From: Auanema rhodensis
Taxonomy: Eukaryota > Animalia > Nematoda
Direction of reading: 5' to 3'
Assembly (NCBI GenBank): GCA_964057225.1
Contig: OZ059896.1
Span: 12,276,001-12,340,000 of the forward strand
Length of the DNA stretch: 64,000 bases
The translations under genes were made by a program, and so were the position numbers. The stretch's first letter is position 1; the number at the start of each line of letters is the position of its first letter. Positions 59,820 to 64,000 of this stretch are shown piece by piece. The notes beneath the pieces were generated by a model, which had not been told where the DNA came from, searched no databases, and saw nothing but the letters and a program-made list of their open reading frames with translations.

Positions 59820-60225
59820 TTTTACAGACATCGTTGAATGTCGCTCCATATCCGACTTGCCCTCCACTGGTTGATGGGGTAGCAGGATCCCATTCGCTTA
59901 AAAAGAAAAAACTAAATGTTATAATTTTAATATCGCTTACTCATCACTGTCATCCAAGGTTATTACTTCTATAACCCTTGATGATGAGGGCCCACTGTTA
60001 AAAGTGGGTGATGTGGGCTCACAAAGCTCGATCCCACCAGCCTCGGTAAACTTTATACGTTTACTAAAAAACAAAATATATATAAAGATTCAAAATTGTG
60101 TTAAATTACCTAAGCTGATTAATCTCTTCATAATCAAATCCAGCTCTTCACATAAACGTTTATAACTGAAAAAAGAAAAAGTTTACAAACAAATAATCAA
60201 AAAGACACAACCTATTAGCAGCCAT
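59820..60225 (-). pseudogene. Putative 4-exon small acidic accessory gene with a 1-nt frameshift in exon 2
   Basis: ATG at 60225; GT-AG introns 60166-60211, 60064-60109, 59897-59940. Exons 3-4 splice in frame: KRIKF...VIEVITLDDSDD|EWDPATPSTSGG. 3' end uncertain. Confidence 0.55.
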
Positions 60226-60432
60226 TGTACCTTGATATAATGAATATATCAGTCTACACATTGCTGTAGGCATTGTAATTTGTTATGTAACATGGATTTG
60301 GGTACAGCTGTCAAAACTAGCAGTTGCGATAAACTTTAAAATAAATAAGCTTATTGAATACATCTGTTTTTATTGTCCCCGTCGGATTAATTTTTGTTAT
60401 TAGTACTTATTAAATTAACTTTATGCGTTTCA

Positions 60433-61364
60433 TTGAGGTCAGCGCAACTGTTTGTTAATCCCGTCGTATTTACCTTCAATGTGTGCTCTATTTAGTTATT
60501 GTATTGTTATATTAGTAAAATAAAGTTTAAAACTAAAACTTTCTTTTAATTTGAAACTTTTACTTGTTACAATAAATATAATTAATAACAATTTGTAATT
60601 TCAAAAATTAATAATTTAATGTCGTTCTTATCGAATTAACCTTCGATATGTGTTCCATTAAATTTTGTATTTCATATCGTTCTTATCGAATTAACCTTCG
60701 ATATGTGTTCCATTGAATTTTGGTATTTCATATCGTTCTTATCGAATTAACCTTCGATATGTGTTCCATTGAATTTTGGTATTTCATATCGTTCTTATCG
60801 AATTAACTTTCGATATGTGTTCCATTAAATTTTAGTATTTCATATCGTTCTTATCGAATTAACTTTCGATATGTGTTCCATTGAATTACTCATAACAAGT
60901 ACGGTGAACAAAACGATATACATGCAAAAATTTTATTGTTCTTTAAAATAAAAACAATACAAACACAATACAATAAAGAACAACAAAATAAGTAAACAAA
61001 CATTATTAATAAATTTAATAAATAAATAAAATGTATAAACAAATTTACATATTTAAAATTTATAATTTTTATTTTTTCTTAATATATTTAAAAATAATTA
61101 AAACTATATACATACATTTGAAAAAACAAATTTAAAATTTAATTTTTAAAAAAAATCATGGTTTAAATCATGATTTTTAAATTTAAAAAAGGAAAATCCA
61201 TGAACCATGGTCCCAAAATATGATTTTAACAGCTGACGCTCAAAAATATGATTTTGACAGCTGACGCGCCCCAAAAGTATGTTTTTAGCAGCTGACGCCC
61301 CCAAAAGTATGTTTTTGACAGCTGTTTGGGGGCGTGGTTAGTAAATTTTGCACGGCTCTCTACT
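60433..61364 (-). repeat. Right TIR (variant A)
   Basis: Reverse complement of 47496-48447, with five rather than three 56-bp units. Confidence 0.93.
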
Positions 61365-61431
61365 CACGCCCCCAAACAGTTGCTAAAAACATACATTTGA
61401 GGGCGTCAGCTGCTGAAAACATACTTTTGGG

Positions 61432-61939
61432 TTCATGTTTTTGTTTTCCTCAGGGCAGGTCCTTCGTATTTCAGCAAGACAACGACCCAAAACACAGTTC
61501 GAAGATGATAAAGGAGTGGTTCCAACAGAAAGAAATTAAAGTTATGCGATGGCCCAGTCAGTCTCCTGACTTGAATCCAATTGAGCACATGAGGGAAACG
61601 CTCAAGAGAAGAACTCATGAAAGAAGCAACAATCGACTCACTTCCCAAGCAACAATCGACTCACTTTTGGACTCAATGCCAAGGAGATGCCAAGCTGTAA
61701 TAAACGCTGAAGGGTATGCTACTAAATATTAAAGATAACCACACCGATAGATTTTAAATTTTAAATTGTAAAAAACTTTTTAAACTTTTATGTAACCAAT
61801 CCTTTTTTAGAAAATATTTCTATAAAATATTAAGTATTTCTGATATTTCAATGTATGTTCGAAATTTCAAGAAAAAATAATGAGTTTCAAGAAAATTATT
61901 CGAAAAAATAAAAACTTGTTACCTTTATGGCCGCCACTG
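61432..61939 (+). mobile_element. Tc1 3' fragment (transposase C-terminus plus right TIR)
   Basis: FQQDNDPKH...WPSQSPDLNPIE (DD34E) to stop at 61732; TIR ends GGCCGCCACTG at 61939, followed by TA. Confidence 0.92.
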
Positions 61940-63147
61940 TATATTGTTTTTGTTTTAATTTATAAAATTTGAATATATATATATATATATAAAATCTGAT
62001 CAATATGTTCATCGTACCTCTTATGGGTTAATCAATGGAACTCGTATCGAAGGTTAATTTGATAAGATATATTTTATATACATATTTATTTTTTAATTTT
62101 ATTTGTTTACATTGTTTATAGTTTGTGTTTATTATAGTTTATAATTATTAAATTATAATTTAAAAAGTTTGTTGTTTTTCTAGGCGAACCATTTTGTTCA
62201 CCGTACCTCTTATGGGTAAATCAATGGAGCACATATCGAAAAAATCCATGAACCATGATCCCAAAAGTATGTTTTTGACAGCTGTTTGGGGGCGTGGTTA
62301 GTAAATTTTGCACGGCTCTCTACTCTCATCCTCTCATAGTCTGTTTGGATTTCTCAACTTGGAACCATTGGAAATCCAAATGGAATGTGGTGGTTCCACC
62401 GCGATCCTTCCATTTGGACAGGATCTCATAAAGGAACTCAAGCGCTACCTTCTACAACTTTTATTCAATTAAAAATCTTATCTCTCTAAAAAGTTAGCTC
62501 ATAATATTTTTTATTAAAAACTCTAAAACTTTTCTATTGAAAATTATATCCAAAACTCTTTACAAAACTCAGTTTTATATTCATTATGTTATTCTCATAA
62601 ATCATTTTCATTTATGCATAATAGTACTTATTTATCATTTTCTCTATCCAAAATCCTATATACGAAAAAAATATTCAAATTCAATAAATAACTTGTCAAA
62701 GAATTATAAGTTTATCTTCACATTTGAACAAAAATAGTTAATTTCTTTATAAAATTATTTTCGAATTAAGAAATAAAAAGGAATATTGCTTTTATACCTC
62801 TCAATCTTAATCATCTTATCATACTATCTTTTCATAATTTTTTTATGTTCGTTCATAAAACTATTATTGTTATACTACTACACTATATTCTCATAAAATT
62901 CCAAATTCCGATTACCTTAGCACCTGAAAAAGCGAAAAATAATTAAATTAATCAATAAGTTTCAACTAGTTAAAAATAATGCCAGACACTCAAGAGACTT
63001 GAGCGGAGGCCGACCTTCAGGATAAGACGTACGCCCCAAGAAATAATTAGAGAATTTTGAATTGAAATCTGCTCCACATTGATATTAATAATAAGAGTGG
63101 TCTCGCCATCATAGTCAGGGAGCAGGATGCAAAAGGCAGCTGACATA

Positions 63148-64000
63148 CAGTAGCGGACAAAAATATATAGCCTTTTTGGAATTTGTGTTTTTTTTAATCT
63201 ATTTTTTTCTAACTAACTTGAAAAAAACTAGATAATGTATTTTCATCATGAGAAATAAATATATAAAAGTTATTATCACTTTCAGAAATTCGAAAACCTT
63301 TTTTTTTTTTTAATCTTTTATTGACCATATGCTTTTTAACTCAATGTAACATGCATATCAACACTAACTAGAATTATTAGAAAAAAAATTCTAAAAACTA
63401 AATTACATAATTATACTTCATAAAACAATAATACACTCCTAATACTTTGTAGCATACCCGTTCGCTTTGATCACAGCCCGACAGCGTTGAGGCATTGACT
63501 CCAGCAAAGCATCGATTCGATGCTGTGGAATACTTCTCCATGCTTCTCTCAATTGGGAGAATTTTTCTTTCAGGACTTAGACTTGGCCAGTCCATTTGCT
63601 AAAGGTTCTTGTTTTCGAACCACTTTTTCACGTCATGGGAGCGATGCTTCGGATCATTGTCGTCTTGATAAATGAAATGTTGTCCGATATTTTCTTCAGC
63701 ATACGGCAACATTGAGTCCTCCAGAATCTTTAAATAGTCGAATCTTGTCATGATTCCTTTTATGTGCACCAAAGGACCGACTCCATTTGCGGAGAAACAA
63801 CCCCAGACAAAACAGGAACCTCCGCCATGTTTCACTGTTGGAGTTTGGTACTTCGGATCATACCGTTTCCCGATAGGTCTTCTTATATAGTGTATACCGT
63901 CTGTTCCAAACATGGTATACTTGCTCTCGTCTGAGAAGACGACCTTTTTTCCACTGATTCTGTCCCCAACTTAGATGCTCGCGAGCCCAAAGCACACGGG
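63148..64000 (-). mobile_element. Tc1 element (different family), degenerate, runs off the window end
   Basis: TA + CAGTAGCGGACAAAA TIR at 63148. Minus strand reads VFSDESK, TVKHGGGSCFVWGCF, QDDNDPKH, WPSLSP with DLNPIE deleted, then GYATKY and stop at 63439-63441. Confidence 0.92.

Larger units (their letters stand above)
47496..61364. mobile_element. Maverick/Polinton virus-like transposon, 13869 bp
   Basis: AGTAG...CTACT termini, about 0.95-kb TIRs, 6-bp TSD CACGCC (47490-47495, 61365-61370), and the INT, ATPase, mCP, protease, MCP and pPolB gene set. Confidence 0.97.
47462..62324. mobile_element. Outer non-autonomous Maverick derivative (about 988 bp once the nested element and its TSD are removed)
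   Basis: Starts AGTAGAGAGCC at 47462 and ends GGCTCTCTACT at 62324; 6-bp TSD CTCATC at 47456-47461 and 62325-62330. Confidence 0.85.

Noticed and set aside
10825-61364. Functional partnership between the retroelement Gc fusogen and the fusogen-less Maverick
   Set aside because: Only co-location in a TE-dense region more than 30 kb apart; no shared sequence or other evidence.
61334-61732. 132-aa ORF as a novel fusion gene
   Set aside because: It is a chance read-through from Maverick TIR/TSD sequence into a Tc1 fragment, with a non-ATG start.
62330-63146. Host gene fragments (58-codon minus-strand ORF near 62970-63145, possible 8-nt micro-exon at 62916-62923, 66-aa ORF)
   Set aside because: No coherent gene model or recognisable protein could be built.

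Overview
This is eukaryotic, very AT-rich, gene-free repetitive DNA, most likely from a nematode. Evidence for that: 42-46 bp GT-AG introns with TTTCAG/TTTTAG acceptors, a Tc3-like transposase, and a BEL/Pao element with a phlebovirus-like envelope. Positions 1-41269 are a 167-bp tandem satellite (about 195 monomers, with a recurrent 140-bp deletion variant and irregular higher-order structure). It is interrupted at 4968-13754 by an intact, very young BEL/Pao LTR retrotransposon (533-bp LTRs with one visible mismatch, TACTC target-site duplication, one 2578-aa Gag-PR-RT-RNaseH-IN-Env ORF with a Gc-type class II fusogen). Beyond the satellite edge lies a nested transposon cluster: a truncated Tc3, two copies of a dead intron-rich hAT inside Maverick/Polinton TIR sequence, and two Tc1 fragments. 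The cluster also holds a 13.9-kb Maverick (47496-61364, about 0.95-kb TIRs, CACGCC TSD). It encodes integrase, packaging ATPase, minor and major capsid, adenain, an intron-containing pPolB and small accessory genes. That Maverick has inserted 34 bp inside the terminus of a roughly 1-kb non-autonomous Maverick derivative that retains its own CTCATC TSD (47462-62324). No host protein-coding gene, rRNA, tRNA or CRISPR array is supported. All calls come from motif recognition and reading by eye; no database searches were run.
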